64,000 nucleotides of DNA from Macrostomum lignano (GCA_002269645.1 NIVC01002312.1:1-64000); one strand, 5' to 3'; positions 48,410 through 62,854 are shown, counted from the stretch's first letter. The notes: a model not told the origin generated them from the letters alone. Translations and numbers: made by a program.

Positions 48410-49320
48410 AATCAGCCCGGGGAGGGGCTCTGCCGCTGGATTACAGGGGCCCATCTACCAGGGGCATAAAGCCCGAGCGGCCCAGGTTGAGACCAGGACT
48501 CATGGCCTGGAAAAACATCTTAATTGGTGCTACTAGCCCAAGCCTATGGACTAAGACACCGCCAACCCATAGTGGAATCAGGGACGGTGCTAGGACCGAG
48601 TCCACTCAAGCCATCCCCCCCCCCAACGACAAAACCCAAGTGTGCGCGCAAAAATTTTCCCAAATTTTGGAAAAGCGGTCCGAGAGTGGGGAAAACCCCG
48701 AAGTCTACGGAAAAGGCTTTAGATTGGAGCGAATCTGCGCAGCTTATTTACCAAGGGCGAGTCTCCTATCAGAAGGCCGAATTGCACAAAGCTCCTCCTA
48801 TGGGGCTGCGAGCCTCAAGGCTTTTTCACTAACCAGCTCTAAACAATTGGAGAATGCTTAAGCGGTCCGAGAGAGGAAATATCCTAGTCTACGGAAAAGG
48901 CTTATCTATTGGAGCGAGTCGGGAAGATTATTGCGATGGGCGAGTCTCCTATCAGGCAGGTGACCAAAACTACCTATAGGGCTGCGAGCCTCAAGGCTTT
49001 TTCGCTATCCAGCTCAGTATAAAGGCCAGGCCAAGGGGTTGGAGAGGGGCACAAGGAGCAAGAGGAACCCGGACTCAGCCGGACGAACTCTTCCCCGGGA
49101 CTCTAGTCCACTGTCAGAGATGAGAGCCAAGACACAAAGGCAGGGAACTTCCAGAAGAGACAGCAGGTGGACCGAGGCTGTGGAGCGCGCTCACCGAGGC
49201 GAGACCTTCAACTCCGAATTTTGGGTGGCTCCAGTGACAAGATAAAACCAAGGGCTAAAACATGGGGAGATAAAGCTGGGGAGGATCACACAACCTCAGG
49301 GGCTCAGCCTCGGGGCTGGC
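48410..49320. repeat. ~0.9-kb interspersed direct repeat, copy A (with two internal ~185-bp subunits)
   Basis: Colinear with 50790-51723, sharing blocks such as CAAGCCTATGGACTAAGACACCGCCAACCCA and GCAAGAGGAACCCGGACTCAGCC. Confidence 0.85.
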
Positions 49321-49489
49321 ATAACTGGGCTCTACCGTACACTTTTGTGAATGGTCGTCTTTCCTGCAGGGCGGATGCGACCAGGGGGCTCAAGTCCTGT
49401 TCTAGCCATACTGTAGTCCAGAATTCCAACTCACTCCAGGTACACCCCCCCCTAAACCAAGGCCGAGGGCCGAAAAAGCTATTTTGAAA

Positions 49490-50710
49490 GAAAGGGTTAT
49501 TTTTAGATGAGTACATCACCTCCGGTGAGGACTCTGATTAATTGGGCTATTGAACAATAGGCCAATTGGATTGTCCACAACCCGAGAAATGCCGCCAGAG
49601 AGGCAGCCGGGGTATGATGTGTTCCTTATTACCAGACTTTCTCTGTAATCAAGGAACAATCACTTCTAGCACTTAGCTAGGCAACCCAGTATTCAAATGA
49701 AGGTATTTATTACCTTGACTCCTGGTCAGTAAATCTCGTCCTTGAGTAGATCTCTTTCTTGAGCTTGGTTCCTCTGGATTAGACTCTTACAGTCTTTTCG
49801 ATCTGGATCCGGATCCTTAGCGTTGATTCCTGAACAACGGTTGCTGCTGAATTTCTCGTCAGCCGGTATCTGTCGTGTAGACCGATAGGAAGCTTCCAAT
49901 TAACAATGGGATCCCTGCGCCAAACTGCGGTCTCAAATAAGCCTTCTCCTTCTAGCAGTGACTTAATGCACTCTAGGTATAGCTCCGGTAATCACTGATA
50001 GTCTTCTAAGATCTATCAGAGCAGTCCTTCTGGAGACTGCAACCAATGGAGTCTAAATAGACTCAAGAGTCTCAACAGACTCAAACTAAACTCAAATGAG
50101 ACGTCTCAACAACAGGCGCAAATGAGTAAGGCTTACCGCAAGAATTCAGCCGAATCTCGGTTGACTTGGGCTTCAGGAAGTCCTGTTGAGGCTTCCTCTT
50201 CGGAGCTCTTCTCCTTCCGGAGGATTTCTTGGCTCTGGGTCCGCTTCGGACCACTTGTATTTATAGGCAAATGGACCTCTCTCGAGGTCGTCCATCACCT
50301 TTTTCGTAAATGTTAACTGGTCACATTTTGGTGGCTGTCAAGCATGGCAGGACAGAAAATTGCGCAACTAGTCTACTGTAAAAGCGCATGATTGGTTATC
50401 GTAGCTGGTAGCCTTTGATTGGTTCATCCGGGTGCAAGCCAAATGATGAATCGTAGGTGGGGTTTGAACTGACAAATGTAGGTCGCACGTGACCAATGAT
50501 GAATCGCAGATGGGGTTTAACTTGACAATTGTAGGTCACGCATGATTGGTCGGTTGCAAAAAATAACATGTTCGACTTTACTCTCTTGTGGTTGGCTGAC
50601 TAGAATATACTTGTGATTCAGTACTTAATTTTATACATGCTACTTATCTTACTACTGAATAAAAATGTATAAGTAGTATGTTAACCTTATTTACGGATTT
50701 TTGAGGGAGG
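49490..50710 (-). mobile_element. Possible solo-LTR-like segment
   Basis: On the minus strand, a CCAAT-rich region (50380-50550) is followed by TATAAATA (50258-50265) and AATAAA (49706-49711), in U3-R-U5 order. No TG..CA ends or TSD were established. Confidence 0.35.
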
Positions 50711-50789
50711 CAGAATACTCTACAGGTAAAAACAGTCAGATACCGTCTTTGTTGTTGTTAATCGAGGGTGGGAAGCCAGGGGCCCCGCG

Positions 50790-51723
50790 GATCAGCCCAA
50801 GTAGGGCTCTGCCGCTGGGATCTACCAGTGGGCCATACTGCCAGGGGCATATAGCCCGAGAGGCCACGATTGGGACCAGGGCCTAAAGGCCTGGACATAC
50901 CTAATTGGGGCTACTAGCTCAAGCCTATGGACTAAGACACCGCCAACCCAAGGTGGAATCAGGGACGGTGCTAAGACCGAGTCCACCCAAGCCACCCCCC
51001 AACGACAAGACCCGGGAGTGCGCGCAAAAAGATTGGAGTTTAGAAAGCGCGGTCCGAGAGTGGGGAAACCCCAAAGTCTACGGAAGTAGTGCTTTAGATT
51101 GGAGAGTCTGGGCAGCTTATTTACTAAGGCCGAAGCTCCTATCAAGAGTAGATTATTGCAAGACCTCCTATAGGGCTGCGAACCACAAGGCTTTTTCACT
51201 ACCCAGCTTTAAACAGTATTGGAGTATTTAAGCGGTCCGAGAGAGGAAATATCCTAAGTCTGTGGAATAGGGCTTATCTATTGGAGCGAGTCTAGAAGCT
51301 TATTGCCAAGGGCGAGTCTCCTGTCAAGCAGGAAGACCGTCTACCTACAGGGCTGCGAGCCTCAAGGCTTTTTCGCTATCCAGCTCAATAAGGGCCAGGC
51401 CAAGGGGTCGGAGAGGGGCACCAGGGGCAAGAGGAACCCGGACTCAGCCGGTATTCCCCGATTCGGGACGAACTTATTCCCCAGGACTCCAATCCAACTG
51501 TCAGTGATGAGAGCCAAGACACAATAAGCAGGGAGACTACCAGAGGAGCCAGCAGATGGACCAAGGCAAGCAAGATGAACCAGGCAGGGAGGGCAGAGCT
51601 CATTACTCCAAAGATTGGATGGCTTCGAGGCCGGGGATAAAAGCACAAAGCTAAAACACAAAGGAATAAAAAATGGGAGGAGCACCTGCTGAACCCTCAA
51701 CCTGGGGCTCAGACTCAGGGCTG
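50790..51723. repeat. ~0.9-kb interspersed direct repeat, copy B
   Basis: Diverged copy of 48410-49320 with the same two-subunit structure. Confidence 0.85.
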
Positions 51724-53384
51724 TATCTCAGTCCAGGCAGCACAGCACGTACGTGATTTCGAAGCTTTTCTTAGAAAAGTTCATAGAAAAGACCATACAT
51801 TTGAGGTGGGGGTGGAGAAGAAATTTCTTAGAACGGTTGTTTTGAATTTGCTGACACCACTGAGGTGGGGCGGATTCCTCGTTTGAATTGCCGCCGGCGT
51901 TGAGTTCGCACGAATAAAACCGGAAAAACGCGCAGACGAATCACAACGAAATTTCTTCTCCTGTTTTACTCCGACAGCCGGGTTCTCAAGTCCGGGGGGA
52001 GGGTAGTTGTAATCGTAGCGGAGCGGTCGTATAGCGGCCCGGTCGTTCAGATCCGTAGACTCAATTGGTCTTGACACCGTAAATCTGCTTTTGAATTGTC
52101 GTACTGATTACTGTCAGTAGAGTAGCGCTGCCACCACCGTAATTTGATCCGTATTACGGAACGTTGGGATCTCTGAGATTCATTGAGATCGTTGAGATCG
52201 ATTCGGTTGTTTAACGCCCCACGGGCAAATGACTCAAGATAACTGTTATGGGCTTCGATGATTGAACAACTTATTTTAATTATTACTGGGTTTATTTATT
52301 GAGCAGGCTGGGTTGCTGGTTAAATTAGAAAAGTTATTTGAAACAAAAAAGAACCGACGGTGATCGCGGCCGGTGCCGGGTGCCAATTTCACTAACCAAA
52401 GAAAACTTAAAACACCAAACTAAGTTATGCTACGTTAAACCAACAAAAGAAACTAAAACAAAACCAAAACAAAACCAAGAACACGAGCATAATAACAGGC
52501 GGCCCGAATTGGCCATATAAATAGAGGAAGTGTCGCCCGGACAGGGATGGGGCAACAGATGGGGCAACAAGGCAAGGGATGGGGCAGAGAATGGGGCAAA
52601 AGATGGGGCAACGGACGGCAACAAAGCCGGGAACGGAGAAAAAACAAAACTTAGAGCATCGGCAAAAGATGGGGCGAGGGATGGGGCATGGGATGGGACG
52701 GCGCACCGGGTGACAAAATACAACGAGTCACAGCGGTGATGTCACCCGTCTCACGAAACGTTCTTGCTCGGAGTGGTAGCTCGCCCTACCACACATTAAA
52801 CCTAAACGAAACTTATTCAAGAGCCTTTGTTCTAAAATATGTACAAAGCAACCCATATTTTCATTATATTAATTGTCGCAGGTTGCAAAAGCAATGTTAA
52901 TTAACAATTCTACATGACTTAACCAGGTAGACTCAGACATAACTGTTCCCTATGCCCATGGGCATGGCCATGGGCCTTGGCCTTAAATTAAATTTTTAAG
53001 ATACTGTTACATTTTTATCAACCAAGGGCAATGTTCAGTTTTTGTTTTGATCTTTAGATTTTAAAGATAGCCTACCAATATTGTATTAGGCTATCAGTCA
53101 TATTACTTATCACTTATTTATTAGTGATTAGATCAATGATATTGCCTATCACTTAGGCCCTATTTATGGTATGATATATAATAATGAATTTATTTAATCA
53201 GCTGAAATATTTTGTATGCTATAGTATAGAATATAGGTGTCCTATACTTTGATCTTGATCATAATATAATAGGCCAATTAAGTGTATGTTGGAATGCGTA
53301 TAGAGGAATTTTTGTTTGCATTCTTATTGTAAACCATGTAGGGCCTAGCGGCCTACCAATCTTGGTCAAATCAATATTCAAATG

Positions 53385-53760
53385 TATATACCGTCACGCC
53401 GAACACGTCACCAACCAGGCTCTCTACCAGCGGGCCAAGCTGAGCCCTCCCAGCGTGACCCTGCGACAGCGCCGCCTGAAGCTGGCGGGCCACGTCATTC
53501 GCGCCGAGTCCTACTGCCCGGAGCCGCTGCAGGAGGTCTTGCTGTACACGCAGCAGGGCCCGTTCCGGCGGGGGCAGGCGCGGACCCGGAGGTTCGTCGA
53601 CTGTCTGACAGAAGACGCCAGGGCGCCTGATCAGATCAATGGCGCTACCTTCATCAGAGACTGCGCAGCTAAGCGTGCTTTTTGACAATGTCCCCCCCTT
53701 TCCTGACCACTTGTGGCCGGTGGCCATTGTATTTATTGTATTGTATTGTATTGTATACTT
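53385..53760 (+). mobile_element. 5'-truncated RTE-clade LINE 3' end with (TTGTA)n tail
   Basis: HVTNQALY..LRQRRLKLAGHVIR..RRGQARTRRFVDCLTED matches the post-RT C-terminus typical of RTE-like LINEs. The tail TATTGTATTGTATTG lies at ~53735-53755, and the segment is a GC-rich island in AT-rich DNA. Confidence 0.75.
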
Positions 53761-54279
53761 CTTGCCAATTGTATACCAAATTAACACGTTGACTCTCTAC
53801 AAAAAGTGACAAAAGTAAAAAATAATATAATTATTTTTTAAAATCAAAAAGTTTTCATTTTAAGCCTACATACAATAGGCCTATAGCTATACAAAGATTT
53901 TTAAATTGCAAAAAGTAGTTTCTTTCAAAATCTAGAATGTTAGTCATATTCAATTATTTTTGTGGAAGTGTAGCTTGTCTAATAAATAGGAAAATAAACA
54001 TCAACAAAAACATAAAAAGTAAACTTTGTTTAATTCTAGCCAATGCGTATATGCGTATGTTTTTGTTGATGTTTATTTTCCTACTATCAATTATTTTCTT
54101 TTTTAAAGTTATAATTGCCTATAAATATATAGATATTGCATAGTAGCTAAAGTTTTTTTGCTAGCTAATTAGTGATAAACAATTCTTATTGCTGCAGTAT
54201 ATAAATAGTAAACATTATGTTTGAATATTGTTTTTTGGCTAAATAGCAATAGAATACACTCAAATCTCTACATATAAAA

Positions 54280-54900
54280 ATCAAAACTCTATGTGTGTGT
54301 CTGTGTGTGTGTCTGTCTGTGTGTGGACAATTTTGATCGCTATGGACTCCCAAACCGCTCAACCAAATTACACCAAACTTTACACCCACCCTAAACTTAC
54401 TACGGAGAATGTCTTAGGCTACCATTAAATTTCTTAGACTCAAGTCTTCCTACCTAAAAGTACAAAAAACTGCTCAAAATGCGCAATTTTTTCACTTAAT
54501 CCTCCATAGCGCCGCTCCACTTCTACCGATTCTCTTCAAATTTGAAACAGATAATTTTAAACTATTTTGACACAATCATGTAAAATTTTGTATCTCAAAG
54601 TTAATCCTGAGCGGTGCTGTGCACTTTTAAAGTTAGGCTGTTTTTTTAGCATAGCAACCACCCCAACCTCCGCCCGCCTGCTTCTCTTTCCCGATACCGA
54701 TCTGGGCCCAGATGTGTAAAAGGGTTTCAAAATTGACTAACTTTCAGCTGCCATAAGTTTGCTCCACGTACAGCGATTGACTTCAAACTTGACACAATTC
54801 TTCATTGACTCATTCTCTATCTAAATGTAAAGTTTCAACTCTGTATAACTCAACCGAAAAAGAAACTGTAAGCATGTGAAGTTTGTCTGCTTTTTCTGTT
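54280..54900. mobile_element. Possible non-autonomous Helitron/Helentron-type (DINE/HINE-like) element
   Basis: A (GT/CTGT)n microsatellite is followed by AAACCGCTCAACCAAATTACACCAAACTTTACAC and reiterated CCGATT..TTCAAATTTG/ACTTGACAC motifs, an architecture seen in invertebrate DINE-like repeats. Confidence 0.35.
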
Positions 54901-55539
54901 GTTTGTGCCACTCACTCACTCATTCCCCCAGAGCCAGACGAAGGGTCAGGCGATAGGACTGAATGTACATAGCGAATGTACAGTGTTTTGGAATAACTTT
55001 ATTTATAGCCTTCTCGCAATCGCGCACCCCGAGAGTGGAGAGGCTACGTTTAGCCATAACAGTTTAGTGAGAATTCTAACCACTGCCCTCCCCTCTGTAT
55101 AGGCAAACTCTGCAGCAGTTTAACAGTGGATGGCATTTGGCAAATCGAGGCAATCTAGCATGGTTTGTAAAAGTGAAATATTTATGAAAAGGCGATGCGA
55201 TGCAATGCAATACAACCCTACTAAATTAGGCACACCATGGAAATTTTAAGTTTCTCTTAAAAGTACTTTGAAATTTAAATGGCCTAAGAAATGCGTATTT
55301 CCTTGGTTGTTAGACTGATGCAGACTGCAGTGGAGCTGAAGATACACAAATTCCTTTCAGGGCTGCAAATTGGCAAGAAAGATGACGTGATCAAAGCATG
55401 AGAATAACAATGAGAGTAGTACGTCCCACAAACTGGCTTTCGAAGCAGTGATCGGCAGACTTTTACTTCAAAAGCCAGATAAAGAATCCAGCTTATGTGC
55501 GGGCCAGATGAGAGAGTGGAAAGGAGAAGGAATAGACTA

Positions 55540-56293
55540 TTAGAAGAGAGGAGAGGCGAGAGGGGGATATGAGAAAACATGGAATATAAGAGGAGAGACA
55601 AGTGGTAAGGAGAGAGCAGAGAAGAAGGGAGGAAGAAGTGAGAGGAGAGGAGAAAGGAGGGAGAGAAAAGAGTAAAGGCGAGAAGAGGGGAGAGATGAGA
55701 CAGAGGATCAATGAGAGGAGAGTAGAGAAGAGTGAGAAGAGAGTAGAGATGAGAGAGCAGAAAGAAGATTACAGAGGGTCAAGAGGAGATGAGAGATTAG
55801 AGAGGAGAGAGTAGAAAGGATAGAAAAGAGAGGAGATAAGAGGGGGAGAGAAGGGGTGAGAAGAGAAGAGATAGAGATAAGAGAGGGGTATAAGAAGAGG
55901 GGAGAAAGGAGAGATGAGAGAGTAAAGGGAAGAGGAGGAGAGAGGAAAGAGATGAGATTGTAGAGATGAGACAGATCAAAGAAAAGATGAGAGATGAAAA
56001 AGGTGAGAGGAGAGTGCAGAGACGAGAGAAGATAATAGAGGAGAGAGAGTATAGAAGAGGGAAAAGAAAAGAAGAGAGGAGTAAGGAAAGAGAGGAGTCA
56101 GAAGAGGTGAAGAGAAGAGTACAGAGGAGATAAGTGAGAGAACATATAAGAGTAAAGATGACAGATGAGAGAGCAGAGATGAGGGTGAACAGACGAGAGA
56201 TGGGAGAGTGGAGAGAACAGAGGAGAGACAGGGAGAGAGAAGAGGAAATAGGAGAATGAAGAGGGGAGAGAGTAGAGAGGAGAAGAGAGATGG

Positions 56294-56372
<79 letters not shown>

Positions 56373-56640
56373 AAGAGAGAGAGAGAAAGCGCAGATATGA
56401 AAGAAGATGGGAGAGAGGAGAGAGAAAACGAAAGAGTAGAGAGGAGAGCAGAGAGAAAACGAAAAGTAGAAAGGAGAGAGGAGAGGAGAGAGAAAAGAAT
56501 AGGGAAGAGATGAGATAAGAGAGATGAAAGAGAAGAGAGATGAGGGAAGATACGAAAGAAGAGAGGAGAGAAGAGAGAGGAGAGATGAGTGATGAGAGAG
56601 AAGAAAGGAAACAGAAAAGACGATAGAAATTTTAAAGGAT
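55540..56640. repeat. GA-rich low-complexity tract with a pure (GA)n core (~56297-56386)
   Basis: Directly visible; the overlapping L/S-rich ORFs are artefacts. Confidence 0.95.
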
Positions 56641-59600
56641 CCAAGGGACATAGGGAGAGTCAGGGAGAGGCTAGAGTTTGCCAATACATGTTTTAGAGTC
56701 AGACAGACATTGCCTGGCATTCTGTGGAGTACCCCAGCATTCTAGCAAACAATATCAACGTTTGCCTCAAACCCTAATTTTACACAAATGTGCTCCATTT
56801 TATGTCTACCTCTATCCTACTAACTATTAATTTGTTTGTGTATGGGGTATGGCCTTAGATTTCAGAATACATGCAAAAGTAGTTCCGGGGATTGGAATTC
56901 CCCAGGTTCAAAATCCGCGGGTTTCAACAGCTTGTAATAATTTAATAACTAACTTTATTATGCAAGTATATATCTATTTCAATAAAGAGTATACATGTAT
57001 ATAATGTGATAGACCTCTTGGCTCTTTGTTAATAATTATACTGCTGTAACCAAATTTGCTATAAGAGGGGTCAAGTGGTTGCTAGGGATTTTCAGGAATT
57101 TCTTAGTATTTGGGAAGAAATATGCAATTACTACTACTAACAGGAGTAAGCCTTAGGTTGCTCCTGGTGGCGTGGTGTGTCTGAGCGGCAAGACACAATT
57201 TTCTTCTCAGTCTGGGGAATGTAGATGAGGGAGGGGAATTAGGGCTACGCGATGGATTGGAGTTACCTGGGAAAGCGCACTAATGGGGAATTTTTAAACA
57301 CTAACAGGGAATGCTGGCATAAGTAGACTGACCATCTAATATAGCATTAGGTAAGAAAGCAGTCCGCCTAATGAATATGGGAGATTTCTACAAGGAATGG
57401 TTGGGAGCGGGGATGCTGGGGCAGACTGCACGTCTGAGGGAATAAGGCTGTACACCTAAGCAGACAGACTGTCCACTAACAGGGGGGAAGGGCAGAAGTG
57501 GCGGGTGCCAGTTCTACTGGGAGAAAGGGGAAGAAGCAAAACTCGGGGGTAGGAACGAACATCCTGGGGAGCAGGGAATGAGGGGGAAGGGATGGGTTGA
57601 ACGCTTCTGGCCATACAAGCTTCGCTGGAGAGGGGAGGCGGGGTGCCTTTAAATGATTAAGACTGGGCTATTTTTAGAACAATGTTCAGTTACAACCACT
57701 GAATAACTAGACTAGCAGAGGTCTTAGTGGATGAAGCAGGTTCTTTTCTTTCTCAATATATTTTCTTGCTTATATAGGATTTGTTAACAAAATGGCGGAC
57801 ACATTTAAACTAATAAAGCACTAGATTATACTGTAGACTGCTAATTGAAACAAATAATTACTACTAACAATATAAAATATTTATTTATGTAGGCACAGAT
57901 AATTTCTTGTAATTTTTAGAAAAATAGTTGTATTTTACATGAAATCAATAGACAAAATAGACAAAAATAGGCAAATAGGCAAAATAATAGGCAACTGTTG
58001 CAATAAAAATAAAAAACTAATATAGTATACTGTGCAGATGCAAACTTACTCACAGACATTGCTAATAAACTAAACACAGAATAGAACTTAGTTCCCAGGA
58101 ATGATCTTTACCTTACCTATAGTTTTTATATAAACATATGGCCAAATCCAAAAATAAGGAATATAATGGTAAAGCTAATTTGAATTTTAAAATAATTGAA
58201 CTACTAAAATGTCATTCTCCTTCTAGAAAAAAAATCAACTTTTTTCCATTAAAATATTTTTTTCATTTATCCCCTCCCATTGGAGTCATCCAATAGTTGA
58301 ATATGCTAGCTATACTATTATAATATAATATTTAGCAAGTAATAAAATAGATCACTTCAATTAAAATATTAAGTTTTAAGACAAATTAAGCCAGCCTTAT
58401 ATAGGCCTACTCTTCAATTGGTTTCATATCTCCAAAGCAGCAGAAAGCTTAGAGTGCAGAGAGCCCATGATTTTGCTAGCAGTTCAATTAGAGCAAAGGC
58501 AGTTATCCCATTTTTATCTGGCAGCAAAGCAATTTTTAGAAATTTGCTTTACTGTTTCTGGCATAGAAAAAAACCAATAGAGGCAGGCACCATGCTAAGT
58601 GGTTTCTTAGTTCAAGGGTTTCATCTAACTAGAGTGCTCCTTGTCAGTGGCTCAACCAAGGGAGTAAGGCAATTGCCCCCCTTAGGAAGAGATCTGAAAA
58701 ACAACAATATAACTGCAGTGACAAACCTTAGCTTGTTGATGCAAAAGTTCTATATACTGGTTCTTATTCCAAATTCAAGCTAGAAAATGTCTGTATGATC
58801 ATCAATACTTAATAGCAACTTGAGCTCAACAGACTCAACAAGACATTTAGTTAGTAAGAGTAGTCATGGGCTCAAGAGCTGCTTTCTAGAAGCAATAAGT
58901 GGTAGGGCTAGTGCCCCACTTTAACTCTATATTTAAAATATGTAACAGCTTCTTTTTGTGACATTTCCTTTTATGCAATACTTTTTATAAGCTTTGGCCT
59001 TTGATGTTTTCAATTGTGTTTCTTTTTTTCAATGAGTTCACTTTGCAATATAGTTTAAACTACAACTACAAATATCATTAACTACACTGCAAAAAATAAC
59101 TTGAAGAAATAAGCAACTCCTATTATATGATGCAAACTGCCCTTTAGGCCCAGCACAATACAATGTCAATTATAAAATAGAGAGTTCTTAGAAAAAAGCT
59201 ACATAAAATAAATTTTCAAAGATTAGAAAAATAAACCTATCAAATTAGACACAAGTTGTCAAAGTTAAGTAAAAAAGTTGAGACACAATATGAGGACAAA
59301 TTATTGACTTATTTTTCAAGTAAATATATGTTTACATTGTCAATACATTTTTTGACAATTAACTTCTTTAATGTTGACTTAGTTGATAAAACTTTCATTT
59401 GTTCAAAATCAAGATCAATATAGCATAAGTAGAGTTATGTTAGTATTAAATTATCAAGTTATGTTTTAGTTATTATATAAAAAATTGTATCTACTGAATT
59501 ATTAATTCAATATGTACATCATTGTAATGTATCCAATCAATAAATTAACTTTAACTTACCAATTAAGTCAAGTGTAAATTTCCTTGATCCTTGTTATTCC

Positions 59601-59839
59601 CATTGCTTTTTGACATCTTTGTCCTAATTGTACCTATGCCTTTGTCCAGTACATTCCTGCATCCACCTAGCTATTCATATATACTCATAGCAGCAGCCAG
59701 CAGGAAAGGGTAGCACATGCACTGCACTTTAGAAAATTCTAAAAGTGCACTAGGTATTGATAAAAGGCTATTAAAATTTGATAGTCTAAAATATCATATT
59801 TGAAAATAATGGAAAATAAACTAGCTAGATTTTTGCTAA

Positions 59840-60170
59840 CATTCAAGTTGCTGAGTTGGTAGGGTACCCACTTGTTGTGTTTTGACAATTTGCCAATGGC
59901 ATACAGTTTGTTAAATATGGTTATATGAGCCACCCAAAGGGTAGTTACTATTTCATATGTTGTCAGATGCAAGTCAGCTTCTACCATAGCACCAATTTCT
60001 TAGATATCAACTTTGGAAGGCCTTCCTGATTGTGGCTGATCTTTGATGGATTTATTACTAGCATGGAACCATTGAAACTAGTCATTTATCCTGATTAATT
60101 CATCATTATCCTATTGACACAGACATGGTAACCTTCACCAAATGCAGCATCAATATAGCCATTAGATTTG
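59840..60170 (-). pseudogene. Mariner transposase N-terminal remnant
   Basis: The minus strand reads IDAAFGEG...WF..KDQPQSGRPSKVDI*EIGAMVEADLHLTTYEIVTTLWVAHITIFNKLYAIGKLSKHNKWVPYQL, matching the mariner SGRP, HTH and WVP(H)EL motifs. It has stops. Confidence 0.72.
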
Positions 60171-62854
60171 GAGCTGCTTAGGCTAGATTTAGTCATATAA
60201 TAGCAAATGCAAATAGAGGATTTTTGCAGTGACTTATTTGCTGCCATGCTAACAGTTGCTAAAGGAGTAAAAAGCTAGGAAGTATGCACTCATACCCCCT
60301 ATATATACCCACATATGCCAGGTTTTTGGAAAATTCTAATAAACAATGCTATAGAATATTTAAGAATTGCCAAGAACTTTCTTGACAAAAATTGTCTTCA
60401 GAGTAGCAAAATGCAAACTAGGTTTTTTATTATCACTTTCTTTGGTTTTTGGTTTTTGCAGCTGCAAAAAATCTCAACTGTTTCAAGAACATTTTCAGTC
60501 TGGTAGTCATGTTTTAGATTAAGTGCCAGGAAGGCCATTATATAATACTAGAATAGCAGTGATAGTCCATTTGGTTTGAATAACTGAATTCAAAATTTGC
60601 ATCTTGGTCTAGTAGTCCTCAAAGGTGTCTGCTTATATGGCCACTAGGCATTGTGGATTGAAAAGGTAAGTGGTAGCCTGGCTGCTCCTAGCAAATAGTA
60701 ATGCACTCTGGTTAAGCCACCAGAGCAAGTGGCATAGACATTTAGCAAGGGCATCCACTGATGTGCCAGACTGAAAAAGATAGCCCAAAATTCTTTATTT
60801 CTAATGCCAACCTTGTAGCTCTGCTATTAGGAATATTATATCTCTTGTATAAAAAATTGACTAAACAAAATGCATTTTCTTTTCAACTTTATTTTAAATT
60901 CTATGCAAAATTATTTTTTTAGTCAACAAAGTTATTAAGCTTTAAATTTGATCTATCAAATCAAAAGAAAATTTGAACTATTAGATATATCATTTTGTAC
61001 TGCAATAGCCTATTGATCTACTTTATTTCCAATATTGCTAGGATAAAAGCTAAGTCTATTAGGTTTTACTAGTACTTAGTAGGCTCTTGGTCTATACTAA
61101 TAATTTGACAATTTTTTTAATTTTCTAACTGACATTTTTTTCTATTGTTTCAAACGCTTTAGTTTTAGAAATCATTGACACCTAGCCATATATTGAATAA
61201 TTGCTACTTTTGACATACTACTAATTAGGCAAGGTTCAATAGGACATTCAAGCATGAATATCATACATTAGGAATTCAAATGGAGAATCAACTTCATTAA
61301 TGAAATTTGCATTAGCAAATTTCCTAAAATCAATCAAATATAATTACTGCATCTAAAAACTAGAAGTTAATTTGTTTATACTTACTTTAATTTTTCTCAG
61401 AAACTACATTTATAATATTAGCACTTATTTGGATTTCAATTTTACAAAGGTATTTTGCACAAGTAGCCACTGTTATCATTGCTTCATAAAAACATGATCA
61501 CAAGTTTTTCAAATGCTATTTTTGCAATATAGTAGGGTATATGTTATAATAATGACATGATATAATAATAATAGACCATGTTTTAAATGTTGTTGAAATA
61601 ATTAACACTATTGCAGCCACTTACAATTTACAATAAAGAAAGCAAGGTGAGTCACTAATGAAACCACCAGTGACCACTAGACAGGGGTAGCTATGGCAGA
61701 GAAGCCTAGTGGCTGCAAACAGAGAACAAAGCATAGACAGGGTGGGCAGGGAGCAAACAGTGTGGCACTAGGGTGGCTGAGCAGGTAGGTTAAAAGGAGG
61801 GAGCTGTGCCCAATAGTTAAGAGCAAGGGTGGAGATGCTGCTGACCAAACAGCTAATCTAGTGGCTTACTACAATATGAAAATAAGTATGAAAGTAATGT
61901 ATAAAAGTGATTGAAAGTATTATTTTTTTCTTGGAAGAAGTTACTCTTGATTAATTGACCTGGATAAGATAATGGGTTTCAAAAGTTACTTTTTATAGTA
62001 TCAGAAGTTAGTTTATTGCAAATAGAAAGTACTTTGTTGAATAAGTTGTTTAACATTGATTTGCCAAATTTATATATGTATATATACTATTGACTACTTA
62101 TATTAGTATTAGCAATATAATATAGTCTATATATTATGCTATTGTGAATTTTTTATTACTTTTTACTTCTATAGAGTATGAAGTGTGGTAAAATAGTAGG
62201 CCTAGCTATTTATATTAGTAATAATATAACAATTAGCATTTATAATTGGGAAATGCAAGTAATAGGCCTAGCTAATGATGAGATAATGACTATGCAGTTT
62301 ACTATGACTAGATTAAATTCAAGAGCATTGACATATCAATACACCTTTAATGAATCAAGTACTACAAAAAACAATTAACAATGCTCAATAGTTAGTCAGG
62401 TGGTCAACAGTAGTTAGCTAACAAGTGAAATGTCTATACTCAGTGCTGTCAGAAGGCAGAAGACCTGTGGTACCAGTACAACTAGCATGAGCATTTTGAG
62501 TGGCATTAATCATCTTACTAAATTTCTATTCTTTCTTATTTTATCTATTCTTAACTAAAGCCAGCGATGTCAAAGGGGGTTTAACAGAGGAACACGTTAA
62601 ATACTTCTATATAAAAAACAACATTAAAATGCATTTAAACTACTCACAAGAATTCCTATACTACTCATGCCGTCAACGCTCAGCCGTTTGTTGACGGCCC
62701 AGCTTGAAGATTAGGCATTCGCATTTTCGGCAGGCTTGCAGCTGAGGCTGTGCGCGCTGCTGCCGCATCTAATCGGGCTTTGTTTGCTTCCAGGCTCGCT
62801 TTCTGTTATTCTTTATCATCGATTCGATTAATTAACACCACTGTCTGCGTTGCT

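Noticed and set aside
49500-49545. Hammerhead ribozyme candidate (GATGAGT..hairpin..ACTC)
   Set aside because: It lacks the CUGANGA and GAAA core.
51781-52077. 98-aa minus-strand ORF / possible exon
   Set aside because: There is no recognisable homology or partner exons, and the splice sites are only weakly suggestive.
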